DNA of 64,000 nt, from contig NMRA01000935.1 in NCBI GenBank assembly GCA_002633005.1, positions 7,969 to 71,968 on the forward strand, written 5' to 3'. The position numbers and the translations under genes were made by a program. Numbering within the stretch: the stretch's first letter is position 1; the number at the start of each line of letters is the position of its first letter. Source of the DNA: Phoronis australis. Its lineage: Eukaryota; Animalia; Phoronida. The notes beneath the pieces are model-generated. The model was not told where the DNA came from. It made no database searches and was given only the letters and a program-made list of their open reading frames with translations. Shown here piece by piece: positions 1 through 13,600 of the stretch.

Positions 1-332
1 ATCATGTGTTTTCATCGGATGCTGAAACTTTTATATTGAGCAGACTGTTAGCCAAACTGTTGTAAGTACTGAGTATTATGGCATAGTATGTTTGTACTCG
101 TGTGCATTTATAAGTTTAGAGCGTGTATACATGTACATGTAGTTGTTTAAAGGATAGTATATTCGGCTGCTTGTTAATTTATTTACGCTTACTAGCCGAG
201 TACTTAGACTGTGTTTTTTCTTCATTACAGATAACCGCTTTATTGGACACTTCTTATCGGTAGCAACCAAATAATAAAGTGTGTTATGGAAACGGCTTTG
301 TTTTGTTATCCCTGTAGCCAGACGCGGTTACA
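1..332 (+). mobile_element. LTR fragment (3' part) of the BEL/Pao family that follows
   Basis: 248-327 is nearly identical to 668-747, which directly precedes the BEL gag. It contains AATAAA and ends ...GCGGTTACA. Confidence 0.6.
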
Positions 333-667
333 GTTATTACTCTAGCTTACATTCATTCATTTAGAACAATAATATTCATTGTTATTGATCAGATAGTTAA
401 GAGATTTATATTGATATTTTTTCGACCCTAAATGCACTAGGATGACCTGAAAGGGGTCAATTAGTGCATTTTTTCAAAATGCTTATTCTTCTACAGTTTT
501 TTAGATAGACTCTTCGAATTTTGTTAACAAGTAGGGACTAAAGAAGTGCATCAGAAATTTACACGGATTTCCAATCGGACCAAGGGAACCGAGTTTCCGG
601 GTCAAAGGTCATTAAGTGCAAAAGTGATTTTTGAGCTAGACCTTTCATAATCATGCATATTATTACC
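333..667 (+). repeat. Helentron-like family A body fragment between two LTR pieces
   Basis: Matches the body start (GTTATTACTCT...) and subrepeat (GGGTCAAAGGTCATTAAGTGCAAAAGTGATTTTTGAGCTAGACC) seen at 4.3-9.8 kb. Confidence 0.8.
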
Positions 668-795
668 ACTTCTTATCGGTAGCAACCAAATAATAAAGTG
701 TGTTATGCAAACGGCTTTGTTTTGTTATCCCTGTAGCCAGACGCGGCCACATTAGTTATAACAGTGGTGTCCTAGCACTATTGACAGTCGTGCTA

Positions 796-3630
796 ATGGA
801 AGTTTCACCAACCGACCATGAGACCGTCTCACATTCTGACGAATTACCAGGTGAGGCGGAGTTGCGTGAGAGACAAGTTGTCGTTCCTGCGTATTGTGTG
901 TATGGTGAGGACGCCCTTACATGTAGCTCTGTATCCGCTCACACAGCAAACACTGCTTTGAGTGCTAGGTCGCAGTCTTCAGTTGTTAGCGTCGGGTTGA
1001 AGAAGGCCAAGTTGCTGGCGCGTAAACAAGCATTGGAAGCGGAGATGCTGATCAAGGAACAGAAGGCAAAACTGGAGTCGCGGATCAAGCAGCAGCAGTT
1101 GGAGCGTGAAACAAGAGCGAAAATACGTGAGATACGAGCCAGAGAACGCGAGGCTGAGGCGACAGCTTGTGAAGAAGGAGAATGTCTGATGTTTAGAGTC
1201 ACAGGTTAAAGAAGAACAGTTGTCCTTAGAAAGACGTGCGAGAGCACTGCAGATAGACACGAAACTCGCAATAGCCGATGCACACGAGAGCATTTCCCAT
1301 GGACAGGAGCCGACGTCTATTAGTTGGCCAGCGTCATCAGTGCCGATGGTGCGTGGACCATCCGTCATCGTCAGTACGCCAGTGACTTCAAAGCTGTTAT
1401 CATGTAACCTGCCCGTGACGGTTAGTGCGTCAGCGACTTCAACGCCACCGGTTGACGAACCTACGCCGATCGCGTGGAAACAAGTGACGTCATCAGTGCC
1501 TTATTGTGGAACGTCGAAAGTTGCTGTCCAATCAGTGGACAAAGCTACACATGTGGACGTTGTGCAACAGACTGTTAATGAGCAAGGGACTCAAAATAGT
1601 TTATCTCGTAATAGTTTGGTTCATAGTGATCCTACATTAGCAAATATTCAAGTATCTACTGATAATGCTCATGTTGTGTCTGGTTGTTGCTCTGTGCCTA
1701 TTTTCAGTCTAACTGCAGGTGATAGTTCGGCCGTTCGGATTTCTGCTGCGAAGAATGACGTCAAGAGTACAGGGTAATACCTACATCTACAGAGGTCGAT
1801 GCAGTTGCACTACCATTGAGTGTTTCATCTTCGCATGCTACCGTCACTCAGTTTGAGGGATGTGGTAAGCAGTACAGATATCCTGAGGTATGTCATAGAG
1901 AACTGTTAGATCCTACAGCTCGTTCCTTTACACCGAACGACACTTCAACAAATACAGTTGTTGCAGCTTATCAAAACTTAGCCTGTTCGGTGTCGCTGCC
2001 GATTACTGAGGTTCCCAAGTTTGATGGAGATGTATTAATTTACTCGTCCTTCCTTATGGCGTTTGATGCTAGAGTGTCTGCGAAGGTATCTAACCGGTCA
2101 GACTTTACTATTTAGATCAACAGCTGGTTGGGGAACCGAAGGATTTGATTGGAGGATGCTTGTACATGGATCCTGCACGTGGTTATATGGAAGCACGGAA
2201 ACTGTTGGACATGGAATACGGCGACCACTTCAAGATAGCGAATGCTTATGTGGACAAACTTTACAAGTGGTCCAGCATCAAGAGTGAAGATGCTTCTGCT
2301 TTGCGTCGGTATGCTCATTATCTAGATCGATGTCGGCATGCGATGATGAGTATTTCATCACTTAAATCATCCATCTAACCTTCAGACGGCTGTACGTAAG
2401 TTACCCTTGTACTTGCAAAATAAATGGAGGGACAAAGCTGCATCTTATAGAAATGCAAGGTTTCGGGCATGCTTCACTGATTTAGTTGACTTTGTTTCAC
2501 ACGCTTCTCAGGCCGCAAGTGATCCAGTGTTTGGCAAAGATGCATTGTTTAGTTCGGGTGCTGCCTATTCCGATCAAACCCGCACCACTAAGAGTGCTAA
2601 TTCCTTCTCTGCCGAGTTTGGCAGAAGTGGAGAGGTTGTCATGTCATGTTTATTTTGTAGCCGAGATCACGATATCAATAGCTGTTCCAACTTTATGGAA
2701 AAGACGTATGAAGAAAGAAGAGCCTTCATTGCAGCTGTGTTTCGGGTGTCTTCGAGGTAACCATTTGGTGAAGGGCTGTCCAAAAAAGAAAATTTGTGCC
2801 AGATATTCCCAGCCTCATCCGACATGTCTTCACAACAATGGGTATACGTCACGTAAGAACCGAATTGATTCTGGAACTCAGACCGAGGGAGCTAATCAGC
2901 ATTATTGTCTGGTAGTTGATGATGCAATTGCTTCTTGCGAGATTTTGCAATTCATACTTCCGGTTAGAATTTATCATGAATCATCAGATTCCTTTACTAA
3001 CACTTACGCATTCTATGATCAGGGTAGCACTGCATGCTTTATTTCGGAGGCGCTGCTACAGCAGATTGATGTTGATTCCGTACCTGTTACGCTGCATCTT
3101 AATACCATGCATGGATCTACGTTTTTTGATTCTAGCGTCGTTTCAGGACTTGTAGTCAAGGACTTACAGGGGGCGAATGCCGTGCGTCTTCCCAAGACTT
3201 ACTCTCGTCACGAAATACCTGTTCAGCATTGTCACATTCCCAGGCCAGAGGTTCTTCGCAAGTCTTGAGGCGTTAGCTGACTGTGTTGCAAATTTTGTGC
3301 CGCTTCTTGATATTGGGTTGTTGATTGGCAGCAATTGTCCGCTTGCATTGGAGTCTTTGGAGGTGTTTCCATCCTCAAGGAATGGACCGTTTGGCGTGAT
3401 GCTACGGCATGGGTGGACTGTCAATGGCCCTGTGAACGTGGCCGGAGGTGAAGTACGCGAGACGTCGTGCCACACGGTGTGTGTTCAGGATGTTGCTGTC
3501 AGCAGGAGAATAGCTATGAACCAGAGTATTGATGATAATCGCCAGGTGCTGGAACGAGATTTCTGTGATACAGAAAGTCATCACTTCGACGAGAAGGGTA
3601 TGTGTGTGGAAGATCGTCGATTTATGAAGA
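796..3630 (+). pseudogene. BEL/Pao gag-protease, frameshifted
   Basis: Coiled-coil N-terminus; DUF1759-like LPITEVPKFDGD..YSSF..AFD; knuckles CLFCSRDHDINSC, LCFGCLRGNHLVKGC and C..HPTCLH; protease TYAFYDQGSTACFI; LLIGSNCP and GWTVNGP. Several stops and frameshifts. Confidence 0.88.
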
Positions 3631-3869
3631 AATCTTTTGTGGCCTTGACACAGGGGCTTCTCTTACCACTGATAGTTGTTGAGCTGGCATCCCTCTTGGT
3701 TGTGTTATTCTTCTTGAGTGGTTATTCAATTCGTGTACCATTCCTGCTGTCAATTGGACCGAGGGAACATCCACTAGTTGATGCAAGGGAAGTACGCAAA
3801 CTTACAGATGAGGCACTGGCTGTAACATTCACCCGGTTTATTGTTGAGCCTTTTGAACACATTGTGGAG

Positions 3870-4320
3870 GCCATCAAGGAAATTAACCAGGAAGCGGTGA
3901 GTGATGTGCTTTTAAAGGACGGTATTCGTTGGCATTTCAACCCTCCGGCTGCAAGCCATATGGGCGGCGTCTGGGAACGGCAAATTCACTCAATTCGCAG
4001 GGTGCTGTCAGTATTGTTGAGAGATTTGGGTAGCCAGTGTAACGACGAGATACTGCGGACATTGTTTTGCGAAGTTGAAAGTATTATCAATTCGAGGCCT
4101 CTTACGACTGTCTCTTCTGATCCTATAGATTTACAGCCACTCACCCCAAGCCATTTGCTCTCTCTGAAGACTTCGACTATTACGCCACCTGGTGTGTTCG
4201 AGACAGCGGACTTGTACAGTCGAAAACGATGGCGGAGAGTCCAGAAATTTAGCTGAGCAGTTCTGGGTTAGATGGCGCAAGGAGTACTTAGTGATGCTTC
4301 AGGCTCGTCAGAAATGGCAT
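3870..4320 (+). pseudogene. BEL/Pao integrase C-terminal half plus DUF5641-like region
   Basis: WHFNPPAASHMGGVWERQI, EVESIINSRPLT, PLTPSHLL, RKRWRRVQ, then frameshifted QFWVRWRKEYL..LQARQKW. Confidence 0.9.
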
Positions 4321-4325
4321 TACCC

Positions 4326-7300
4326 TAGGTGCAACTTTGGGATCACTAAGTGCAGTTTTGTGTAAAATGTAAGACGTTTTAATCAGCTTGTACTTAATTG
4401 ATGCATTAGGAAGAGCGTTCAAATTCATGGTGGTTCAACCAATTGACGATCAAATTCTAGTGATAATACGTGTAATGACCCAAAATGCTCTACAGGACCG
4501 CAAGAGGGTCGACCAGTATAATTCCTTGAAGTGCTTCTCCTTCTGCGATTTTTGAGATTGCCTTTTAAATTTCGTGAACAGCTTGGTGCCATATAACAGC
4601 ACCTACAACTTACATGGAATTTCGATCTGATCAACTGAACCGAATTTCTGGGAAAAAGGTCAGTAAGTGCAAAAGAAATTTTTGAGCTAGACTTTACATA
4701 ATCATGTATATCATTTTCATTCGCGAAGGAAATCCATTCACAAATTTTAGGGTCATTAGGTGCAACTGTGGGGTCATTAAGTGCAGTTTTCACTTGATAT
4801 TCTAACTTTTCACTCTTGCTCTTTCATAGTTACCAGGGACATCTCTCTCTTTCACACAAAAGATGCAACTTCTATGCAATGTAATGCGCCTGTACTCCAT
4901 TCTGCATGTGCGTACACCACGCGCAGAGTTGTAAGTGCGCATACGCATTCTAGTTATTTTTCTCATTCTTCTTATTCTTCCTTCCTTTTCAGATTGTTAT
5001 TACTCTTATATCGATTCAGTTACAACAATCATATTCGCTGTGGTTGACATGCTTATCAAGGGATTTCTATTGATAATATAGTTTTGACCCAAAATGCACA
5101 TTATTGACCCAAACCGGGTCAAGGAGTACATGTACATTCCGTTAAAATGCTTCTTCTTCTAAGGGTGTTTAGATAGACTCTTCGAACTTTGCTAACAAGT
5201 AGGCACCAGAGATCTGCATCCGAAATTTACTTGGAATACCAATCGGATCAATGGAACCGAGTTTCCGGGTCAAAGGTCATTTAGTGCAAAACTGATTTTT
5301 GAGCTAGACCTTTCATAACCTTTCATATGATTAACATTCAAAAAGGAAGTTCAGTCACAAACTTTGGGGTCACTAGGTGCAATTTGCAGGTCACTTAAGT
5401 GCAGTTTGCTGTTAAATTTAAAACTTTTTCAATCAGCTTGTACTTAAATTATGCATTAAGGAGAGCATTGATATTCATGGTTGTTTAACCAATTGCCAAC
5501 CAAATTTTATTCAACACATTCGTTTGACTCAAAGTGCACTGCAATGACCCGAAACAGGTCAAGGAGTGCATTCCGTTAAATTACTTCTTCTACAGGTTTT
5601 TAGATAGACTCCCCGAACTTTGACAACAATCAGGCACTAGGGAATTGCACCCGAAAATAACTTGGAATTTAAATTAGATCAAGGGAACCGAGTTTCCGGG
5701 TCAAAGGTCAATAAGAGCAAAAGTGATTTTTGAGCCAGACATTTCATAACCATGCATGTGATAACAATTGATAAAGGAAGTTCACTCAAAACTTTTGGGG
5801 TCACTAGGTGCAACTTAGGGGTCATTAAGTGCAGTTTTCTGTTAATTTTAAGACTTCAATCAGCTGGTACTTAAATGATAATTTAGGCAGAGCGATCATA
5901 TTCATGGTGGTTCAAACAATTGCCATTCAAATTTTCGGACAGGTTTTTTAAATAGACTACCCGTATTTGATAACAAGCGCGTACTAGATAAGTGCATCCG
6001 AAATTTACGTGGAATTTAAATAGGATCAAGGGAACCGAGTTTCTGGGTCAAAAGTCATTAAGTGTAAAAGTGATTTTCGAGCTAGACCTTACATAATCAC
6101 GTATATAATTCGTAAAGAAAATTCAGTCACAAACTTTGGGGTCATTAAGTGCAATTGTGTGGTCATTAGGTGCAATTTTCCGTCGTGGAGAACACTGTCT
6201 CTCTTTCAAACGAAGGATGCAATTTCTATGCAATATAATGCCCCTTTACTTCACTATGCACATGCATACACCGCGCGCAGAGTTGTAGGTGCGCATACGC
6301 AATTGCGTTCTAGTTCTTATTCTTATTCCCCTTCCTTCCTTTTCAGATTGTTATTACTCTTACATAGATTCATTGACAACAGTCATATTCATTGTGATTG
6401 ATACGATGATCAACGGATTTCTCTTGAGAATCTTGTTTTGAGCCAAAATGCACCGGAATGACCCAAAACGGTTCAAGAAGTACATTCCGCTGAAATGCTT
6501 CTTCTTCTACACGTTTTTATATATACTGTTCCAATTTTGGTAGCAAGTAGGCACCAGAGATCTGCGTCCGAAATTTACTTGGAATTCCATAAAGCAGACC
6601 GAGTTTCCAGGTCAAAGGTCATTAAGTGCAAAATTGATTTTTGAACTAGACCTTTCATAATCTTGCCTGTGTTTGCCCTTCATAAAGGAAGTTTAGTCAC
6701 AAACATTGGGGTCACTAGGTGCAACTTTGGGGTCATTAAGTGCAGTTTTCTGTTGATATTCTAACTTTTCACTCTCGCTCTTTCATAGTTAGCAGGGTCA
6801 TGTATTTTTTCACACATTGGATGCAAATTCTATGCAATGTAATGCCCCTATACTTCACTGTGCACCACGCGCAGCGTTGTAAGTGCGCATACGCGATTGC
6901 ATTCTAGCTCTTCTTATTCTTCTTTTTGTCCCTTCCTTTTCGGATTATTATTGCTCTTACGTGTACATCGATTCGTTGACAACAATCATATTCATTGTGG
7001 TTGATAAGATGATCAAGGGATTTTTATTAATTATAATGTTTTGACCCAAAATGCACCTGAATGACCAGAAATAAATCAAGAAATGCATTTCGTAAAGATG
7101 CTTTTTCTACGGGTTTTTCAGATAGACACTTCAAATTTTGTCAACAACTACGGCCTAAGAAACTGCTTCAGAAATTTACATGGACTTCCATTCGGACTAA
7201 GGGAACCGAGTTTCAGGGTCAAAGGTCATTAAGTGCAAAAGTGATGTTTGAGCTAGACCTTTCATAAGAACGCATATGTTTTCAGTGTTGAATGAAGTTT

Positions 7301-9802
7301 AACCACAAACTTTTGTGTCATTAGGTGCAACTTTGGGATCATTAAGTGCAATTTTGTGCCAAATTTTAGACTTTTTTAATTAGCTAGTACTTACATTTCG
7401 TCTTAGAGAGAACGTTCATTTTCATGGTAGTCCGACCATTTGCCAGTCAAATTCTACTGCTCATATGAGTATGACCCAAAATGCACCGAAATGAACCAAA
7501 ATGGGCCAAGGAGTGCATTTCGTCAAAATACTTCTTCTACAGGATTTTAGACAGAATCTTTGAATTTTGTTAGCAAATATGTACTAAAGAAGTGCATCCT
7601 GAATTCACTTGGAATTCGAATTGGATCTAGGGAACGAGTTTCCAGGTCAATTGTCATTAAGTGCAAAAGTCATTTTTGAGCTACATGTTTCATTATTACG
7701 CATGTGACTTAGATTTATAAAGGAAGTTCAGACAGAAACTCTGGGGTCATTAGGTGCAGTTTTCTGTTAAATTTCAGACATTTTCAATCAGCTCCTTCTT
7801 ACATGAAGCATACGGGAGAGCGTTCACACCAGGGAATCTCTCTTTTTCACACCAACAACGCAAATTCTAAACTCCGTTACACGGCTATAACTTCCCATGC
7901 ACGTGCGTACAACACGCGCAGAGTTGTAAGTGCGCATACGCAATTGCGTTCTAGTTCTTATTTTTATTCTTCTTATTCTTCCTTCTCCAAATTGTTATTA
8001 GTCTTACACCGATTTGTTGGCAACAATTATATTCATTGTGAATGATACCACGACGAAGGGTTTTTTATCAATTATAATGTTTTGACCCAAAAGCACCCGA
8101 ATGACCCGAAACGGGTCATAGAGTGCATTCCATCAGCATGCTTCTTCTTCTACGAGTTTTTAGATAGACTCTTCAAAGTTTGTCAACAAGTACACCCTTA
8201 AAAACTGCATCTGAAATTTACTTGGAATTCCAATCGGATAAAGGGAACTGAGTTTCCGGGTCAAAGGTCATTAAGTGCAAAAGTGATTTTTGAGCTACAC
8301 CTTTGAAAATCACGCATGTGATTACTATTGATAAAGGAAGTTCAGTCGCAAATTTTGAGGTCACTGGGTGCAACTTTTGGGTCATTAACTGCAGTTTTGT
8401 GTTAAATTTAAGACTTTTTCAATCAGTTTGTACTTAAATGATGCATAACGGAGAACGTTCAAATTCATGGTGGTTCAACAAATTGGCGATCAAATTCTAT
8501 TGATCTCATGGATTTGAGTCAAAATGCACCTGACTAACCCGAAATGGGTCATGGAGTTCATTCCGTCAAATTGTTTCTCCTTCTACAGGTTTTTAGATAG
8601 ACTCTACAAATTATATTAACAAGTAACCACTAGAAAACAAGGAGTGCATTCCATTAAATTGCTTCTTCTTGGACAGTATTTTAGATAGACTCTCCGAATT
8701 TTGATAACAAGCAGGCACTAGAGAAATGCATCCGAAATTTACGTGGAATTTAAATCGGATAAAAGGAACCGAGTTTCCGGGTCCAAGGTTATTAAGTGCA
8801 AAAGTGATTTTTGAGCTAGACCTTACATAATCACGCATAAAGTTTTCATTCGTAAAGAAGATTCGGTCACAAACTTTGGGGTCATGATTTGCAACTGTGT
8901 GGTCATACGTCCAGTTTTCCGTTGACATTCTTACTCTTTACTCTGCGCGTGCAAGCGTAGAGTACTGTTGTTCCTGTGTTACTCTTTCTCTTTCACTAAG
9001 GAAGTGCATCCGATATTTACTTGGATTTCCAATCGGATAAAGGGAACTGAGTTTCCGGGACAAAGGTCATTCAGTGCAAAATTGATTTTTGAGCTAGACC
9101 TTTAAAAATCATGCATATGATTACCATTCATAAAGGAAGTACAGTCACACACTTTGAGGTCACTAGGTGCAAATTTGGGGTCGTTAAGTTTAGTTTTCTG
9201 TTAAATTTAAGACTTTATCAATCAGCTTGTACTTAGTTAATAAATTAGGAAGAGCGCTCAAATTGGTGGTGGTTCAACCATTTGCCAATCAAAATCTATT
9301 GTTCACATGGGTTTGGTTCAAAATGCACCGGATTGACCTGAAATGGGTCAGAGAGTGCATTCTGTCAAATTTCATCTCCTTCTACAGGTTTTTATATAGA
9401 CTCTTCAAATTTTATTAACAAGTAGGCACTAGAGATCTGCATCCGTAATTTCCTTGGGAACCGAGTTTTCTGATCAAAGGTCATTAAGTGCAAAAGTGAC
9501 TTTTGAGCTAGACCTTACATAATCACGTACATACTCTTCAAACGTAAAGGAAATTCAGTCACAAACTTTGGGGACATTAGGTGCAGCAGTGGGGACATTA
9601 GGTGCAACAGTGGGGTCATTAGTTGCAAGTTTTCGTTGATTTTCTTACTTTGGATTCTTGCTCTGTCATAGTTACCAGGGACATCTTTCTCTTTCTCACA
9701 AAGGATGCAACTTCTATGCAATGTAATGCTCCTATACTTCAATGTGCACGTGCATACACCATGCGCAGAGTTGTAAGTGTGCATACTCAATTGCATTATA
9801 AT
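4326..9802 (+). mobile_element. Array of non-autonomous Helentron/HINE-like bodies, family A, with ~430-bp internal subrepeats
   Basis: Repeated 3' ends: GCGCAGAGT subTIR, palindrome ACGCAATTGCGT, then CTAG at 4950, 6310, 6904 and 7951 (degenerate ~9797). The first four are followed by a TTCTTATTC tract and a new body. One isolated head at ~8938. Confidence 0.75.
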
Positions 9803-10690
9803 TTACTGTTGTTCCTGGGTTTTCTTCAATTTTATTATTACGCTGCGATTATAAGCGCAGAGTACTGTTGTTCCTGGGTTTTCTTCAATTTTATTATTAC
9901 TCTGCGCCTGCAAACGCAGAGTACTGTTGTTCCTGGGTTTTCTTCAATTTTATTACTCTGCGCGTGCAAGCGCAGAGTACTGTTGTTCCTGGTTTTTCTT
10001 CAATTTTATTATTACTCTTCGCCTGTAAGCGCAGAGTACTGTTGTTCCTGGGTTTTCTTCAATTTTAGTATTACTCTGCGCCTGTAAACGCAGAGTACTG
10101 TTGTTCCGGGGTTTTCTTCTCTGCGCGTGCAAGCGCTGAGTACTGTTGTTCCTGGGTTGTCTTCAATTTTATTCTTATTCTTATTCTTCTTCCGACCAAT
10201 TTTGGCACTTAATAATTTTAAAATGGTTGCAGGTATGTTCTTCAATTTAACATGTGAGTTTAGGCAGTACATAACAATCCCAGTAATACGCACGCGCAGA
10301 GTCACGCCGTGACAATAATCTTTCTAGTTCTTATTCTTATTACTCTGTGCGTGTAAGCGCAGAGTACTGTTGTTCCTGGGTTTTCTTCAATTTTATTCTT
10401 ATTCTTATTACTCTGCACGTGTAAGCGCAGAGTATTGTTGTTCCTGGGTTTTCTTCAATTTTATTACTCTGCGCGTGTAAGCGCAGAGTACTGTTGTTCC
10501 TGGGTTTTCTTCAATTTTATTCTTATTACTCTGCGCGTGTAAGCGCAGAGTACTGTTGTTCCTGGGTTTTCTTCAATTTTATTACTCTGCGCGTGTAAGC
10601 GCAGAGTACTGTTGTTCCTGGGTTTTCTTCAAGTTTATTCTTCTTATTCTTATTCTTCTTATTCTTCTTATTCTTATTCTTCTTCCGACC
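9803..10690 (+). repeat. Stack of ~55-65-bp Helentron 5' heads (about 11 complete plus 1 partial) with one mini-body
   Basis: Unit TTATTACTCTGCGCGTGTAAGCGCAGAGTACTGTTGTTCCTGGGTTTTCTTCAATTT, with hairpin ACTCTGCGC/GCGCAGAGT. Ends in a (TTATTC/TTC)n microsatellite. Confidence 0.9.
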
Positions 10691-13600
10691 AACTTTGAGG
10701 CTTAATAACTCCAAAATGGGTGCAGGTATGGTCTTTAAACAGTACACACCATGGATTTTTGCACATTTTGAATTACCGGTGGCCACAGACTAAATGTATG
10801 ACGTAAAATTTAGGTAAACCCATGTTTATTTTGTGTAATTAGCTCAAAATTTTGATTTTTCTTTCAATTTTGCCAATTTTCACATTTCCCGCCATGTGAC
10901 GTCATGGGTTGAACACAAGAGATCAGTGACTATCATTGAACAATGGCGGAGACCAGGGAATTTGAAAGTGACGACGATTATGAGCAAGAATTGAACGAAT
11001 ACTATGAAGAAACGTATGGAAATGGTGGCCAGGATGAGGAAATGGGGTTGCACGAAANTTTTAAAGAATTCCTTTTCTGAAAATTAGACCTTTTCAATCA
11101 GCAAGTATTCTGATGTGTCAACTGTTAGACAACTGTGATTCTCATCGTTAAACACATTTTCCATGGGCTTTGCAATAATTCTCCTAAAGATGCTTAAAAT
11201 GCACCGGATAAGGTCAATTAGTGCAAAGGTCATGTAACATTCAAAATGTTATATGTCTTACGTTCTTCAAGGAATTCTTTTCAATTTCAGCACACTAGTG
11301 TAAGTCAACATGCCAATTGAATACCCTTCTTTACTTCGCATTAGGCCTAACCAACCAGAAAAAAATAGGTCAAAGGTAATTGAGAGCAAACTAAAATTTT
11401 GAGCTAGAGACTTCATAATTACATAATTATCTATTTACTAAGTGCGATTGAGTTTGAATTCTAAATTTTCGGGTCATTTGGTGCACCCATGGGGTCATTA
11501 GATGCATTTTTCTTCTGAAAGTTTGACCACTTCATTCATCTTGTATTCTGAAGTGCTTAAAGTAAAACATCTGTGACTATTAGCATTAACCACACTTTTA
11601 ATCTAGTTAACAATTACTCCCTCATCGGGGCCCATAATGCACCGGAAGAGGTCAATTATTGGAAAGATCATCAAAAAATTAGTATGTAATTTCTCCTACA
11701 ATTTTAAAGAATTCCTTTTCATATTGGTAAACGGGTTGCTGTCAGTAACTTCCCATAATAATTCCAGTAATACGCACGCGCAGAGTCCGTTATTGTCACG
11801 CCGTGACAATAATCTTTCTAGTTCGTATTCGTACTCTTCTTATTCTTCTTCCGACCAAATTTGAGGCTTAATAACTCCAAATTGGGTGCAGGTACGGTCT
11901 TTAAATTCAGCATATGACATTTGACGGTATATAAATTTTGATTGGTTAGATAATCATATTCCATATTGCACCGGAAGAGGTCGTTTGGTGCAAAGGTCAT
12001 ATAATTTTCAAAATGCTACTCCTCCTTCAGTTTTAAAGCTATCTTTTTCAAATTTGGTGCACTGGTATAAGTCAGCATGACAATTTAAAAAATTACTTTT
12101 CTAAGTAATCGGTTATCCAATCAGGTGAAACAGGTCAAAGGTAATTAGGTGCAAACTAAAAGATTGAGCTAGACACTTCAAATTGACAGGTCTGATTGCC
12201 ACAGGTAAATCAAATCGGAATCCAAAGTTTCAGGTCATTTATTGCAAACATGGGGTCATTAGGTGCATTTTTCTTCTGAAAATTTGACCTTTTCAATCAG
12301 CAAGTATTCTGATGTGTCGACCTTTAGACAATTGTGATTCTCAGCATTAAACACATTTTCCATGGGCTTTGCAATAATTTTCCTCAAGATGCTTAAAATG
12401 CATGGGATGAAGTCAATTAGTGCAAAGGTCATGTAACGTTCAAGGAATTCTTTTCAATTTCAGCACACTAGTGTAAGTCAACATGCCAATTGAACAACCT
12501 ACTTAACTACGCATCAGGCCTAACCAATCAGAAAAAATAGGTCAAAGGTAATTGAGTGCAAAATTAATATTTTGAGCTAGAGACTTCAAAATTATATATC
12601 TGTTTACTAAACGCGATTGAGTTTGAATTTTAAATTTTTGGGTCATTTGGTGCACCCATGGGGTCACTAGGTGCATTTTTCTTTTGAAAGTTTGACCAAT
12701 TCATTCATGTTGTATTCTTAACTGCTTAAAGTCAAACATCTGTGATTCTTAGAATTAATCAAACTTTAAATTGGTTTTACAATTATTCCCTCATCGGGTT
12801 TCATAATGCACCGGAAGAGGTCAGTTAGTGGAAAGGTCATCAAAATATTAACATGTAATTTCTCGTACAATTTTAAAGAATTTCTTTTCATATTGGTAAA
12901 CGAGTTGCTGTCAGTAACTTCCCAAAACAATTCCAGTAATACGCACCCGCAGAGTCCGTTATTGTCACGCCGTGACAATAATCTTTCGAGTTCTTCTTAT
13001 TCTTCTTCCGACCAACTTCGAGGCTTAATAACTCCAAAATGGGTGCAGGTATGTTCTTTAAATTCTGCCTGTGATTTTTGGCTGTATATACATTTTGATT
13101 CGTGTATAGAATCATATTCCATATCGCACCGGAGGATGTCGTTTGGTGCAAATTGTCAAAATGCTACTCCTCCTTCAGTTTTAAAGCTATCTTTTTCAAA
13201 TTCGGTGCACAGGTATAAGTCAACAAGACAATTTAAAAACTTACTTTTCTAAGTAATCGTATCATCCAATCAAGTAAAAAAGGTCAAAGATCATTACGTG
13301 AAAATTAAATTATGAGCTAGACACTTCAAATTCACAAGCTTGATTGGCACGTCTAATTAAATTCGAAACACAAATTTTCAGGTCATTCAGTGCAACCATA
13401 GGCTCATTAGGTGCAGTTTTCTTCAGAAAAATTGTCATTTTCATTCACCAAGTGTTCCGATGTGTCAACCGTTAGACAACTGTTATTCTCAGCATTCAAC
13501 ACACTTTTCATGGGCTTTGCAATAATTCTCCTTAAGACGCTTATAATGCACCGCATATGGTCAATTAGTGCAAAGGTTATCTAACGTTAAAACTGTTATA

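Larger units (their letters stand above)
668..4325 (+). mobile_element. Degenerate BEL/Pao LTR retrotransposon (partial 5' LTR, gag-protease, integrase; RT/RNaseH deleted; no 3' LTR)
   Basis: LTR remnant ends ...TATAACA, followed by TGG at 765 (possible PBS). BEL-type gag, zinc knuckles, protease and integrase/DUF5641 motifs occur in order. Confidence 0.9.

Noticed and set aside
9803-10630. CRISPR-like array of palindromic repeats
   Set aside because: There are no unique spacers or cas genes, the context is eukaryotic, and the units are Helentron 5' ends.
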